A DNA stretch of 64,000 nucleotides from an uncultured cyanobacterium (GTDB lineage: Bacteria > Cyanobacteriota > Cyanobacteriia > Cyanobacteriales > Cyanobacteriaceae): the NCBI GenBank assembly GCA_963749915.1, contig CAVVOP010000008.1, positions 864,001 through 928,000 of the forward strand, read 5' to 3'. A program made the position numbers and the translations under genes. The notes beneath the pieces are model-generated. The model was not told where the DNA came from and ran no database searches. It saw only the letters and a program-made list of their open reading frames with translations. This document shows, in pieces, positions 1 through 11,666 of the stretch (within the stretch, counting starts at the first letter, position 1; every line of letters begins with the position of its first letter).

Positions 1-194
1 CACTGACGAAAATGAGTTTCTAAACTATCAATACCAATCAGGCGAATTTGTACATGATTATACTCGTTTAATTGTGGAGAAATACCAATTAATTTTGACC
101 AATTTTCAGGATTATCGGCTTTGAAACGAATTGAATCACCATCAGGAGAATAGCCGACAACATGAAATGTGCCCTTGATTAATGTAAAAGACAT
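1..194 (-). CDS. Thermonuclease (SNase-like) family protein, 5' part, runs off the window
   Basis: Manual translation from ATG at 194: MSFTLIKGTFHVVGYSPDGDSIRF...VQIRLIGIDSLETHF. DGD and RLIGID are SNase motifs. Confidence 0.7.
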   Translation of the reverse strand, partial: MSFTLIKGTFHVVGYSPDGDSIRFKADNPENWSKLIGISPQLNEYNHVQIRLIGIDSLETHFRQ

Positions 195-514
195 GATATT
201 GATAATTGACAGTTAATAATTAACAGTAGACAGTTGCTTGCCGTTACTAACTATAGTAAATGGTTACGATCTTTTCTCTTATTTTAGGATGAAGTTCGGA
301 AGCGTGCCAAAAAGGTTACTGTGAGGGTAATTTAGAATTTAGAATTTAGAATTAAAATTTCACCGAATTTATTCCCTTCTGTCTCCCCTCTTGGGGCGCT
401 ACCAAGTGCGTCTTTCGCCGAAGACGATGAAAAGCAATGGGGGCAAGCTGTTGATATTGTAGAGAAAACAGATCAGTTTTTCTTAAATGTGGTCGATGTC
501 TAATAATTAAATCC

Positions 515-1357
515 TCATTCCTTATCCATAACGGCGGTAAATTTTAATAAAGGTGTCATGTTCTCATGATTGAGAGTTAAAACATTATCCTTCATAGCAT
601 AGTTATCAACTTGCTGCAAGGTTTCCATAAAAGTAGTTTCCATTTCCATATTTTCACAAGCCATCATCGTCGAAGCCATTTGCTCAAATTTAATTTTATT
701 ACCCTCTTTCATCTCAAAGCCACCCATAAAATTATTACAGCCAGCAAAGCCATTTACTTTATTATTTTCAGGGTCAAAAGTAATAAAAATTGCCTTTGTT
801 TGAGTGTCGGTTTTCGCCACAGGTTCACCCATCATTTCCACTAATTCCCACCTAGTATTTCCCATTGTTGCTTCCATGTCACTAATTTTACTCAGCACAT
901 ATTTATCAGCTAAATCTCCAGCAACCCTATTACCTGACATATCCAATTGAATCAAGGTATTTTCGCCGACAAGAAACTGATTTGGGGCCTCTTTAATGCC
1001 ATCCAAAGTGATAGTATTTTCTGCCTCATTCCATTTAAAAGTGCCTTTTACCTCAAATACCTCATCACTTTTACCTAAATATTGGGTGAACAAGACAAAA
1101 GAAAGATCTTCATTGAGAATAAGAGTAGTTTTAATTCCTTCACAACTAGCACAAGGAACAACACCTTGATAAGTACCATTCCAATCTAAAGAATTAGCAC
1201 TAGTATCGCCGACACTTTCCACCATTGTAGGCTGATCTGACTCCATTTTCATATCAGCATCAGCCTGAGATGGCTGGATATAACTACTCAAGGATAATGA
1301 GCTTAATAGTGCTAGAGAAATAATTAGGGATTGATTTTTCATGATGTTTGTTAACAA
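515..1357 (-). CDS. NlpE N-terminal domain + META (HslJ-like) domain secreted protein
   Basis: Signal peptide; NSLDWNGTYQGVVPCASCEGI (NlpE CxxC); C-terminal GFAGCNNFMG...STMMAC (META). Confidence 0.85.
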   Translation of the reverse strand: MLTNIMKNQSLIISLALLSSLSLSSYIQPSQADADMKMESDQPTMVESVGDTSANSLDWNGTYQGVVPCASCEGIKTTLILNEDLSFVLFTQYLGKSDEVFEVKGTFKWNEAENTITLDGIKEAPNQFLVGENTLIQLDMSGNRVAGDLADKYVLSKISDMEATMGNTRWELVEMMGEPVAKTDTQTKAIFITFDPENNKVNGFAGCNNFMGGFEMKEGNKIKFEQMASTMMACENMEMETTFMETLQQVDNYAMKDNVLTLNHENMTPLLKFTAVMDKE

Positions 1358-1606
1358 TTAGACCTGTAATTTTACCAAAGTTATATCAATGACGTTTTTT
1401 TTGTTTACAAAAGTTCCCCATTTCTACCTCTAAATTATCTCGCAATTATCCAACGCCTTCGATTTTCCCTCGCATGTTAGCATTAAATTAAATACACATT
1501 AAAATCCCTTAAAAATTTTTTTTGTCCTGTACTCAGAAGGGCATGGTCTGTTATGTCCCTACTTGCCTATCTATTGTGCAACTTCTGAAACAAATATATT
1601 CTATTC

Positions 1607-4600
1607 CTAAAACCGCATTTGATAACGCACCTTAAATTCACCATAAATATAATCATAGGAAACTGTGACATTAGAATTATCTTTTATCTCATAAACCCCC
1701 TCAACTAACGGGAAAAGCCGTAAATCTTTCATTCCTACTGGTTTACCCCAAGTACTGACTTTTTCATTTACCCCAAAACTGATATTATTAGCTAAAGGCA
1801 CTAAGATAAATTGTATCAGACCATTTTCAAATAATTCCTCACCGCTTAACTGCTGTAATTGAGTCGCTAAGTTTAACAACTGTCCCCCCACAATTAAGTT
1901 AATTAACTCCCCTTCAGTGCGGTTAGGACTACTACTTAAAGACACTAATGGCGAGTTTAACAGATTCAAATTTGTACCTTGTTGATTAGTTAAAACTGCT
2001 AAATTGATACATTGCGATACTTTGCTTAATTGTGAGGGTGATAGTTGAATATTCTCAGCAATAGGAGTAGAAGACGGCACACGACACACACCATAACCAT
2101 CATCCGATAAAACCGGGAATAGTTGAGCTAACCTTCCATAAATTCTTAACACAACCTCTATATTTTCAGCTCTCCCACCCCTTATAATCGGATCTGATAC
2201 TTCATTTCTCTGAATATTGGGTAATTGTCTTGAATAATCGGCAATGTCAGCTTGTAATTCTATATCAATATTGGGATTAAGAATGCTTTCTTCTGGTCTG
2301 AATGTTATTATATTCTCATTAGTACGAGATAAAAAGAATGTAGTCTGTCCTATAGACGAAACAGATGTTAAACTTGTCAGTGGGCTAGCACCGCCCAAAT
2401 AAATTCGCCCTCTACGGACGTTTATTGCCCCTTCAGCCTTAAGATTTTGCCAATCAAATACACTCCCATTAAGGGTAAGTTCACCCCCAAATAAAAACCG
2501 ATAAAGTCGCCGTTGACTCGCTTCTGTATTATCTAGTTTGAGAGTAAAATTGTTTAATTGTGGCTGGAAGAAACGGGAATTTGAGGCGGAGGTATCTCCA
2601 AACCAATTCTGCCATAGCTGTTTATTTTCTGGTTCTGTGATGATTGTTTCGGCTTCGGGAAGGGTATTGTTAACTATTTTTGAGAAAATATCTTTGACTG
2701 CTTTGGGAAGGTTTGTTTCAAAAAGGGTAAAGTTCCCATTATTTAAACTTACATAACCGGCGATTCTAGGCTCTAATACTGTACCATCGATTGTTATATC
2801 TGCATCGACTTTTCCTGAGTAAATATTTTTCACTTGTAAGGCTTGATTAGGAATATTTAATGTGAGGAGATTTTCGTTACCTTTTAATGGTTTAATTAAT
2901 GGTAAAATTCCTGATATATTAACATCAGTATCATTAATTTTAGCCTGTAAATTAGTTACATCGATGGCTTGTTTTTCTTTTAATAAGTTTATAGTACCCG
3001 AGAGATTCAAGGGAGTATTTAAAGCAATACTATTAATTCTTGCCCTTTCAAAATTTATATTTCCCCCTAGGGCTATTTGCTCTAAATTAAATTTATTAAA
3101 TAACTGTGATAATGATGCTATTGTTATAGTTAAATCAGTAGATATATTTCCTTGAGTTAGTTGCAGTTGTCCCTTAGTAAGTAGCTCCAAAAATCTTATA
3201 TTTTCGGTGTTTAATTGTACATTAATTATTGCCGGTTTATCCGTTAAAACTAAAGGATGATAAGGTAAAGAGGCGTTAAGTTTAATATTTTTATTGTCGA
3301 TAGTGGCTATATCTAATTGATAATCTTTATAGGCAAAATTAGTATCTATTTTATCCTCAATAATTGATCCATCTATGGAGGTATTATTTAAACTTAACTT
3401 CCCTTTTATTTCAGGATTAAGTAAATTTCCTTCCAATTTCCCTTCCAAATCAATTAAACTTTCAACATCGAAAGGTAAAGGGAAAAAAGCTGTAATATAA
3501 TCTAGGGAAAAGTCTTTTATTTTAAAATTACTTTCTTGACTTTTTGGTGACAAATTTCCAGCGAATAAAATTTCACTATTCCCAATATTTAAACGAAAAG
3601 GTTTTACCGTTAAATTATCATTGTTAAAGTTAGCGTTGACGAAGATTTTTTGAATAGGAATTGTTTGACTTTCTTGGATAATTAAACCTAACCCATCGAC
3701 AATATTCGGGAAGCGTTGTTGGGGTAGCCATTGCCATTGATTGCCCTCAAAGTTAACGTCAATCTCCGGCTGAGTTAGTTTCCCGCTGAGAAGAATCTCC
3801 CCTTGATAGCCACCAGTTATCTCTAAATTGTTAGGCATTGTACCAGATTCTATCTGTTTTGCGATCCCACGGATCTGTTGATCTATACTGGAGAGTAAAT
3901 TTACTTTGGTTTTAAGAGAATCGTCTTCCTTGCCAACAGATTGCGGAGGAATGGAGGAAGCGGCGGCGAAGAAATCTTGATTTTGGAATTGTTTTACTAA
4001 ACCCGTTAGGGTAGCGACATCGGTTATTTTCAACGTGTTAAAAATGTCTTCCACGTTGCCTTGTAAGTTAACTTTACCGTCAATATTTTGCGTCGCTAAG
4101 TTTATTTTTCCTTGGAAATCATAGATAGTATCACCAAATTTTAGTCGCCCGTTATTTAATTGTGCAATGTCATTTTGGTAGTTAAAATTCGTGGTGAATT
4201 GTTTGCCGATAATATTCCCAATGCCGAGATTGTCTAACTTTAAGTCACCTTTGGCGGTTAAGTCAGTTAAATTAATAGTAAAATTTGTCGTCAAGTTTCC
4301 CTGAATTTTACCGTCTATACCATAATTAATGACTGGTTGGATTTGTAGATTTTCTAAGGGGAAATTATTAACGGAAGCAATAAACTGGTTATCTTCTCGT
4401 CTTCCTTGAAAGTTGAAAGGAAAGTTACCGGTTTTATTAATTTCCAAACTATTAGGTGTAAAGGGAATAGTTAAATTAACAGAGGGAATTGATAAGGTTT
4501 TTTTTAGGAAATTGGCAGCGATAATATCTTCTTTGCCTCGTAAATCTAAGACAATTTTTTCACTGGGATTAATAATAACTTTTCCCGTCAAAGAAGATTC

Positions 4601-7600
4601 AAATTCCAGTTGATTAAAGTTAAGGTTAGTTAGAGTTAAATTTCCCTGAATATTAAGATTATTTTTACCTAGGGGATTAGTTAATAAATTTTGTGCCGTG
4701 ACAACTCCTTGAAATTTAGCATTGCCACCAAGATTCACCGATTGAGGAAGAAAACTGATACGTTGATTATTAGATAAAGAGGAAAAGAATTGATTAACAG
4801 GGATAATATTTAAGTTAGAGTCGGCCGTTATTTGCAGTTGTAAATTATTTAGGTCCGGTTGAGTCAGAATATTGACAAGATTAAATTTACCTTGGGCGTT
4901 AATAGTATTTTTTCCCGACTCGATAACCGCTGACTCAACATTAACAGGAAAAGAAACAGCCTTCTGAGAAAAAAGAGGAAGATTCCCACTAATATTTATT
5001 TGACTATTGATATTCTCTAAATCACGGAGACTGATCTTCGAGTTACCATCAAGAAAAGACAATTGTTGATTGAGACTTTCAAGGTTAAGGTTTTGGGTAT
5101 TAATTTGACTTTGCCATTGATTATTATTAACTTTCATGGTGAGATTGAAATTTCCCCCTGCTAACCCGCCTCGAAAATTTCCCGTCAGGTTGAGACTATT
5201 AATGGTGGCAAAATTATTAAAGTTAAAGGGTTGTTTTACTAATTGATATAACTCCCTTGTTTTCGCCGACAGGTTTATCTGACCGGATTTAACTTCCCCT
5301 TCAAAGGCAGGAAAGATTTGATTAACACTGAGTTGACTAACATCCGTAAAAAATTCTGTCTTTTCCTCATCAATTTTAGCGACAGTATTTAGTAAACCGT
5401 TTTCGATTCGCAGTTGACTATCAGCAGTAATGATTAAACTAGGAGGAAGATTTCTCCTTTCTTCATTGCCAATGTCGATTAATTGTACAACATCGCCAAC
5501 AATCTCAAATTGACTATTAACAATATGAGTCGTCGTCGGTAAAGAAGGGAATAACTTATTAACAGATATTTGATTAAGGTCACCGTTGATAAACAATTTA
5601 CTATTAACCAAACGAGTGTCCAACTGTAAATTACCACCATCAATAACAAGGTTAACTTTTCCCTGCCCTTCTATATTATTAAAGTTGATTTTTCCTTTCT
5701 TTTCTGCTATCTGCTGTCTACCCTCTGCCTTTCCTAATTTTCCCCTCACACTAATATCCAAGTCTTTCGCATTCATCGGCAAATTGACATTAATGGGAAG
5801 ATTCTCACAATTAGAAGGGTTTTGACAAAATTGATCGAGCAAAGGAGTTAGATTAACATTATTACTGACCGCCGAAACTTGCCAGGTTTTTTCCTTCAAG
5901 TCACCATTACCACCAACTTGGATGCGACTTTCATTAACCACTAACTCGGTGTCAAGAAGATTAACTCGATTCTTGTCGATAACTAACCTTCCCCTTGCTG
6001 AGAAGATTCCCAAATTTTCACCGTTCATATTCACCAAAGAAAAAGAAACTCTTCCTTGGGGTTGGTTAAGATTCCCTTTTATTTCTCCTGCTGCCGATAA
6101 ATTACCAATATCCACCCCAGGGGATAAAAAATTATAACTATCAATTAACTGACTCGATGGTAAATTGGCAGTGAATCGAAAATTGAAAGGAATCTTCGAA
6201 CCTTGAACGGGTTTTCCTGAGGCAAGATTTTCACGGAAATTAGTATTAATAATGCCCTGAGTAACGATTTTCCCACCCTTTGGTGGTTTAACAGCGATTT
6301 CTTTAACGGTAACTTTATCTAAATCCGCCAAAAATTGACTATTAATTTCTCCCAAATCTAATCTATCAACTCGACTATTTTTTACCTTAATTTTTCCTTG
6401 GATTTTCGGATTATCTATGTCTCCTTTGACTTGAAAATTCCCTGACAACAATCCATCAACTAAAACAGAAGACTTAATACTTAAACTCGGTAAAACTCGA
6501 CTGAGAACAACAGGGTTAAGATTCGCTGTCAGATTGTACCCTGATTTGATACCAATATCACCGTCAACAGAACCTCCTAAATCCCCTAAAGTAAAATTAG
6601 CAGTGGCAATGTTAACAAATTCTTCCTCTAGATCTAAAGATACATTTGCTGTAAAACTTTTTCCTAGGAGGGGAATCTTCCGCACTTTTTCATTATCACT
6701 AATCTTGCTACCATTGAGTTGTCCTTCTACATCCTCTAAACTAATTTTTCCCCTAATAATTGTCTCTTTAATTTTCGGCAGGGAAGAAGTCATCAACTCT
6801 AAATTACTGTTTAATCTCCCTTCCTTTATCTCGAAGGGTAAGTTAGGAATTAAATAAGCCACCTCCGGTAGATAAAGATAACGAATTTCTAGCTGATTTT
6901 TACTCTTGGTGTTGCTTAATAAGGTTTCTCCCTCAATATCAATGTGACTGTTATTGATAGTATTCTCTAGCTGATAGCTTAAGGGTTGAGTGTCATCATC
7001 ATAAAGTAACTTCAATTTTCCCTTTGTCTTTATCTCTACCGCCTTCGTTTGTGCATTGGGAGTAACGGCAATCTTCCCGTGATTTAACCGTAAATTAATT
7101 CTCGTCTCTATCGGGATCGGTAACGGCGGTAACTTGAGGGAATCTGGTAAAGGCTTTTGTTTGTCCTTCAATAATAAGGTGTCTAATTGCCCATAACCGA
7201 CGGCATCATTAACAATAACATTAACGAATAGACTGTGGCGCAAAATTATCGACAATAAATCTACACTAATTTTAACCGCATCTATTTCCAAAAAGCTTGG
7301 ATCTTCCTGGGTTGGTGGAATCGCTAAATTTTCAAAAATAACTTGATTAAAAGAAAAACTACTAACCTCGCCTAAACTAACATCTCTGTCCAGAATTTTT
7401 TCTAACTCTTCTTCCACCCTTAAAGGAATAACCGTTGTGACTAAATGCCTACCTCCAGCGTAACCACCTACAACCATAGCCGTTAACGTTACCAAAGAGA
7501 TAATTTGAGTCTGGGGTTTTTTGAGAATTCCTATTATCCTATCGGTGAAAGCCAATGGGGATTCATTATAATCCGAATCTGGTGGTTGTTGATTAGTCAT
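1607..7600 (-). CDS. tamB: Translocation/assembly module TamB-like (AsmA/DUF490) protein
   Basis: 1997 aa; single N-terminal TM; long beta-rich repeats; C-terminal DUF490-like region (LSSSPNRTEGELINLI). Confidence 0.8.
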   Translation of the reverse strand: MTNQQPPDSDYNESPLAFTDRIIGILKKPQTQIISLVTLTAMVVGGYAGGRHLVTTVIPLRVEEELEKILDRDVSLGEVSSFSFNQVIFENLAIPPTQEDPSFLEIDAVKISVDLLSIILRHSLFVNVIVNDAVGYGQLDTLLLKDKQKPLPDSLKLPPLPIPIETRINLRLNHGKIAVTPNAQTKAVEIKTKGKLKLLYDDDTQPLSYQLENTINNSHIDIEGETLLSNTKSKNQLEIRYLYLPEVAYLIPNLPFEIKEGRLNSNLELMTSSLPKIKETIIRGKISLEDVEGQLNGSKISDNEKVRKIPLLGKSFTANVSLDLEEEFVNIATANFTLGDLGGSVDGDIGIKSGYNLTANLNPVVLSRVLPSLSIKSSVLVDGLLSGNFQVKGDIDNPKIQGKIKVKNSRVDRLDLGEINSQFLADLDKVTVKEIAVKPPKGGKIVTQGIINTNFRENLASGKPVQGSKIPFNFRFTANLPSSQLIDSYNFLSPGVDIGNLSAAGEIKGNLNQPQGRVSFSLVNMNGENLGIFSARGRLVIDKNRVNLLDTELVVNESRIQVGGNGDLKEKTWQVSAVSNNVNLTPLLDQFCQNPSNCENLPINVNLPMNAKDLDISVRGKLGKAEGRQQIAEKKGKINFNNIEGQGKVNLVIDGGNLQLDTRLVNSKLFINGDLNQISVNKLFPSLPTTTHIVNSQFEIVGDVVQLIDIGNEERRNLPPSLIITADSQLRIENGLLNTVAKIDEEKTEFFTDVSQLSVNQIFPAFEGEVKSGQINLSAKTRELYQLVKQPFNFNNFATINSLNLTGNFRGGLAGGNFNLTMKVNNNQWQSQINTQNLNLESLNQQLSFLDGNSKISLRDLENINSQINISGNLPLFSQKAVSFPVNVESAVIESGKNTINAQGKFNLVNILTQPDLNNLQLQITADSNLNIIPVNQFFSSLSNNQRISFLPQSVNLGGNAKFQGVVTAQNLLTNPLGKNNLNIQGNLTLTNLNFNQLEFESSLTGKVIINPSEKIVLDLRGKEDIIAANFLKKTLSIPSVNLTIPFTPNSLEINKTGNFPFNFQGRREDNQFIASVNNFPLENLQIQPVINYGIDGKIQGNLTTNFTINLTDLTAKGDLKLDNLGIGNIIGKQFTTNFNYQNDIAQLNNGRLKFGDTIYDFQGKINLATQNIDGKVNLQGNVEDIFNTLKITDVATLTGLVKQFQNQDFFAAASSIPPQSVGKEDDSLKTKVNLLSSIDQQIRGIAKQIESGTMPNNLEITGGYQGEILLSGKLTQPEIDVNFEGNQWQWLPQQRFPNIVDGLGLIIQESQTIPIQKIFVNANFNNDNLTVKPFRLNIGNSEILFAGNLSPKSQESNFKIKDFSLDYITAFFPLPFDVESLIDLEGKLEGNLLNPEIKGKLSLNNTSIDGSIIEDKIDTNFAYKDYQLDIATIDNKNIKLNASLPYHPLVLTDKPAIINVQLNTENIRFLELLTKGQLQLTQGNISTDLTITIASLSQLFNKFNLEQIALGGNINFERARINSIALNTPLNLSGTINLLKEKQAIDVTNLQAKINDTDVNISGILPLIKPLKGNENLLTLNIPNQALQVKNIYSGKVDADITIDGTVLEPRIAGYVSLNNGNFTLFETNLPKAVKDIFSKIVNNTLPEAETIITEPENKQLWQNWFGDTSASNSRFFQPQLNNFTLKLDNTEASQRRLYRFLFGGELTLNGSVFDWQNLKAEGAINVRRGRIYLGGASPLTSLTSVSSIGQTTFFLSRTNENIITFRPEESILNPNIDIELQADIADYSRQLPNIQRNEVSDPIIRGGRAENIEVVLRIYGRLAQLFPVLSDDGYGVCRVPSSTPIAENIQLSPSQLSKVSQCINLAVLTNQQGTNLNLLNSPLVSLSSSPNRTEGELINLIVGGQLLNLATQLQQLSGEELFENGLIQFILVPLANNISFGVNEKVSTWGKPVGMKDLRLFPLVEGVYEIKDNSNVTVSYDYIYGEFKVRYQMRF

Positions 7601-7698
7601 TTCCTTACCCTCACAATATCAATTTGATTCTGATATTTTCTTTCAACTATAACTATAACAGGTTGTCAAAAATTAAAAGTTATTAATTAACCTTATAT

Positions 7699-9823
7699 CC
7701 CACATTCCGCACGTCAAACTGTATAATTTCAGATTATGAAATTAGAGACTGAAAAGTGACTATCAAAAGAAACTCTCAGTATGTTTTTTAAGTAAAAATA
7801 CTCAGTTACAAGTTAGTTCTCTAAATAATTAAGAGAACTTAGATAAATTATTATAAAACTAAGCCTATTAAAGGGATAATTAAATTAAGTTTTTAAGGGA
7901 ATTTTGATGATGATTTCCTCAGAAGAAATACAAGTTCAAACTATTAATCATTTAGGATTAATCGCTGGAATTATAGATGAAATTGGCCTTGAAAAAATTA
8001 TTAATGATGCCCTTGGGATTGACGAGAGGGAAATTGTCACAGCTGGTCAAATAGTCAAAGCAATTATACTTAATGGATTAGGATTTATTTCTCGCCCTCT
8101 TTATCTATTTCCACAGTTTTTTGAAGACAAAGCCACGGAACATTTAATCGGAAAAGGAATACTACCAGAACATTTGAATGATGATAGGATTGGGAGAATA
8201 ATGGATAAACTTTATGAGAAAGGATTATCTTCATTATTTTTAATAATAGCTTTGGCCGTAGTAAAAAAATATAAGATCAACATCGATTTTTCCCATTTGG
8301 ATTCAACTTCTTTTGCGGTAGAGGGCAAATATAGTCAAGAAAAAATTACCGGCAATTTTGTTAAAGAAAATACACAACAAGAGCTAATAAATCAAATTCC
8401 AATTAAGATAATTAGAGGTTATTCCCGTGACCATAGACCAGATTTAAAACAATTTATTCTGGATTTAATTGTAAGTAGTGATGGCGATATTCCCTTATTT
8501 TTAAGAGTAGCAGACGGCAATGAAAATGATAAAGCAATGTTCGGAAAAATAGCTTCTGAATACAAATCAATGATAGATTTTGAGACAATGATAGTGGGTG
8601 ATAGTGCTTTATATACAGAAAATAACCTCAAATTAATGAACGGAATGGAATGGTTATCAAGAGTTCCATTATCAATAAAAGATGCCCTCAATTTGGTTTC
8701 AGAATTACCATCATCTGATTTTATTCCTAGTAGTTTAGAGGGATATTCATGGTATGAAGTAAGGAATAATTACGCAGAAATTGAACAGAGATGGCTAATA
8801 GTAGAAAGTGAAAAAAGAAAAGTATCAGAGCTAGAAAAACTTAGAAAAAATATAGAGAAAGAAAAAGAAAAAACGGAAGAAAAATTGAAGAAATTGATGA
8901 AAGAAGAATTTAGCTCGTCACCAGGAGCAGAAGAAATAATATTGACACTGAATAAGACGTTAAAATATCATCAAATAACCGAGATAAAAATTAGCTGCAT
9001 TGAATTAAATAATCAAAAGAAAAAAACAAAAAAGAAAGAAGAAAAATCGGGAAAAACTTATCAAGTTACGGCTATTTTGAAATCAGATTTAACGAAAATA
9101 AACGAATCAAAAAAAAGAGCAGGAAGATTTGTGTTAGCTACAAATAGATTGGATAAAAGTAAATTTAATTCTGATGAAATTTTAATTAAGTATAAAGAGC
9201 AACAAGCCGCAGAAAGAGGTTTTAGTTTTCTGAAAGATCCATTATTTTTTGCCGATAGTGTGTTTTTAAAAACCCCAAAAAGAATCGAAACAATGGCAAT
9301 GTGTTTTTGGGGTTATGTCTGTTAGTCTATTCTTTGGGGCAAAGAGAAGTGCGTCGCTTATTAGAGGAGAGAAAAACGGGGATAAAAAATCAGCTAGGAA
9401 AACTAACGGAACGTCCAACGTTAAGATGGATATTTCAATGTTTTCAGGGGATTCATTTAGTAATAAATCAAGGAATAAAACAGATAGTAAATCTAACAAA
9501 TGAACGAAAACTAATTTTAAGTTTTTTCCCGATTTCTTGTCATAATTATTATATTTTATCTGGATAACTTATGGGATTTAAGAGTCTAAACATTCTCAAT
9601 TATAATACCATAAATAAAGAATAGAAAACTGATAGATTTGCTCTGTTTATTTATTCTCATTAAAGGTGAAGTTATTGACAATGAGATTTTAATTTGAGCA
9701 AAGTTCGCAAGTACAAAACGCGAATAAAGAAGATATTGAGTATGATTACTTATATTTTGTCCAAAATAAGTTGCTTGGTTTTAATACTTTTATCATCTTA
9801 CAAAGTGACGTGCGGAATGTGGG
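7699..9823 (+). mobile_element. IS1634-family insertion sequence
   Basis: 18-bp perfect TIRs CCCACATTCCGCACGTCA (7699-7716) and its reverse complement (9806-9823) enclose the transposase; no target duplication. Confidence 0.9.
7904..9567 (+). pseudogene. IS1634 transposase, frameshifted near 9300
   Basis: HLDSTS, GYSRDHRPDLKQ and ERGFSFLKDP motifs; the C-terminus (GLCLLVY...PTLRWIFQCF) is in another frame (9301-9567). Confidence 0.85.
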
Positions 9824-10124
9824 TTACAGATTAACTAAATCATTTCCCAAAGAAGAAATCTATGGTTTAACCAGTCAGATACGCCGATGCTCTGTAAGTA
9901 TCAGTAGTAATATAGCTGAAGGTTACGGACGCAGAAGCACAGCTGAATATATCAGATTCTTAAACATAGCTCAGGGAAGCTGTAATGAATTGGAGACTCA
10001 ATTAATTATTGCTCAGAGAATTGGTTACTTAACGGTTGAATCTATCAGAGAGATTAACCAAGAATTATTAAGCATTACCAGAATGTTGATTAGTCTTACC
10101 AACAAACTTAAAGAAAAACTCTAA
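9824..10124 (+). pseudogene. Four-helix-bundle protein (23S rRNA IVP-like), 5'-truncated by IS1634
   Basis: YRLTKSFPKEEIYGLTSQIRRCSVSISSNIAEGYGR...GSCNELETQL starts right at the IS end. Confidence 0.8.
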
Positions 10125-10186
10125 CACTACTCCCCACTCCCTACTCCCCACTCCCCATCATTATCATTAAATTAAGGAGAAAAACC

Positions 10187-10714
10187 ATGAAACTATATGA
10201 ATTAACCAGTAAATTACAGGAATTAGAGGACACTATAGAGAATCTGGAGGGTGTAGATATACCTGCTGATGTACACTTGGAATACTTAAAATTATTAGCA
10301 GAAGCAGAAGAAACAAATGATAAATTTATTGATAAAATTGATTCAATTTTATGCTTAATACAGTCGAGAAAAAGATGGTTGGAAATGAGAAAAGCAGAGG
10401 CAGAAAGACTGAACAAATTAATTAAAAAGGATGAGAAAACTATTGACTGGTTACAAGAATATCTTAAACAACATTTAGAGAAAATAGGTAAAACTAAGTT
10501 CAGAACAAATAAGTTTAATGTATCCATCAGAAAAGCTAGTATAGCTCCCTTACATTTACTCAGAGAAGATGCTAAAAGCTATCCTCAACAATACCAGAAG
10601 GTAACAATAGAAGTAGATAAAAAGGCACTTAAAGAAGCAGTAATTAATGGTGATGCAGAAGCCTTAAAGTATGCAGAACTAGGAGAAAAATCAACTTATC
10701 TATCAATTAGATAA
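10187..10714 (+). CDS. Siphovirus Gp157-family protein
   Basis: MKLYELT N-terminus, coiled coil, and EVDKKALKEA...LSIR C-terminus typical of Gp157; RBS AGGAG upstream. Confidence 0.8.
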   Translation: MKLYELTSKLQELEDTIENLEGVDIPADVHLEYLKLLAEAEETNDKFIDKIDSILCLIQSRKRWLEMRKAEAERLNKLIKKDEKTIDWLQEYLKQHLEKIGKTKFRTNKFNVSIRKASIAPLHLLREDAKSYPQQYQKVTIEVDKKALKEAVINGDAEALKYAELGEKSTYLSIR

Positions 10715-10739
10715 ACTATATGGGGCTTTAAATAGCCCT

Positions 10740-10787
10740 AGTAAAATACTAAGTAAAATACTAAGTAAAATACTAAGTAAAATACTT
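10740..10787 (+). repeat. 4 x 12-bp tandem repeat AGTAAAATACTA
   Basis: Read directly; two further copies in inverted orientation at ~23255-23280. Confidence 0.85.
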
Positions 10788-10971
10788 GGCAAAAACTATT
10801 TATTACTTGTAACGAACCGGAATATGCGAAGCGGAAGACGAGAAGGCTAGAAGGCGAGCTTTGACCTAGATTAAGGTTTAATAGAAAATATATTGTTACT
10901 TGAATAGCGATCGCTCGCTTACTGAAATAGGTTAAGATTATAAGTAATTACTTATAATCTGGAGAAGCAAG

Positions 10972-11337
10972 TTGTCAGAAACCAGTGAAATTAAATCAGT
11001 TATTTGGATGGGAGATAGTCTCGAACAAGTTAAAAAATTTCCTGATTTTGTTCGCCGTGAAATTGGTTCATCTCTGTATGATGCGCAGTGTAGAGACAAG
11101 CCATCTGATGCCAAACCTTTTAAGGGAGTTGGCAGTGGAGTGTTTGAAATTGTAACCAGATTCGATTCTGATACTTACAGAACAGTTTATGCTGTACAAA
11201 TCGGCGACTGTATTTATGTTCTTCATGCTTTTGTTAAAAAATCACCGAAAGGAATTAAAACTGCCCAAAAAGATGTGGATTTAATTAAAAAACGGTACAA
11301 ACAAGCATTAGAAAAATCTAAGGAGAAAAATCAATGA
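10972..11337 (+). CDS. RelE/HigB-like (Gp49-type) toxin
   Basis: AKPFKGVGSGVFEI...YRTVYAV...YVLHAFVKKS motif. Confidence 0.85.
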   Translation: MSETSEIKSVIWMGDSLEQVKKFPDFVRREIGSSLYDAQCRDKPSDAKPFKGVGSGVFEIVTRFDSDTYRTVYAVQIGDCIYVLHAFVKKSPKGIKTAQKDVDLIKKRYKQALEKSKEKNQ

Positions 11338-11666
11338 CTGAAGAAATCATGTCCTTTGAATTTACACAAAGTAGTGGTAATGTTTTTGCTGATATGGATT
11401 TAGATGATGGAGATGAACTTCTGACTCGTGCTAAACTCGGTTTTGCTGTCCGGAAGATGTTAGAAAATCGTAATTTAAAACAACAAGAAATAGCTAATTT
11501 ACTCAATATTAAACAACCAGAAGTTTCTAATTTAATGAAAGGGAAATATCATCTATTTTCCGAAAGTCGTTTGTTTAGTTTTTTGAATAAACTAGAACAA
11601 AAAATAATGATTCAGATTACCCCTCATCATACAGGAGAACCTTTAATTGATGTTGCAATTAGATAG
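11334..11666 (+). CDS. XRE-family HTH antitoxin
   Basis: SSGNVFADM...LKQQEIANLLNIKQPEVSNL; overlaps the toxin stop. Confidence 0.85.
   Translation: MTEEIMSFEFTQSSGNVFADMDLDDGDELLTRAKLGFAVRKMLENRNLKQQEIANLLNIKQPEVSNLMKGKYHLFSESRLFSFLNKLEQKIMIQITPHHTGEPLIDVAIR

Noticed and set aside
2538..6857. Short plus-strand ORFs inside tamB (and similar antisense ORFs in the drm, Hsp70 and IS genes)
   Set aside because: Shadow ORFs opposite well-supported long genes.
9824..10124. Four-helix-bundle gene as the DGR accessory Avd
   Set aside because: It is 14 kb from the RT and has the generic IVP-type SNIAEG signature, common outside DGRs.
10740..10787. Tandem repeats here (and at 20923, 23589, 28560-28705, 37235) as CRISPR arrays
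   Set aside because: Units are short, lack unique ~30-40-bp spacers, or are coding RTX repeats.
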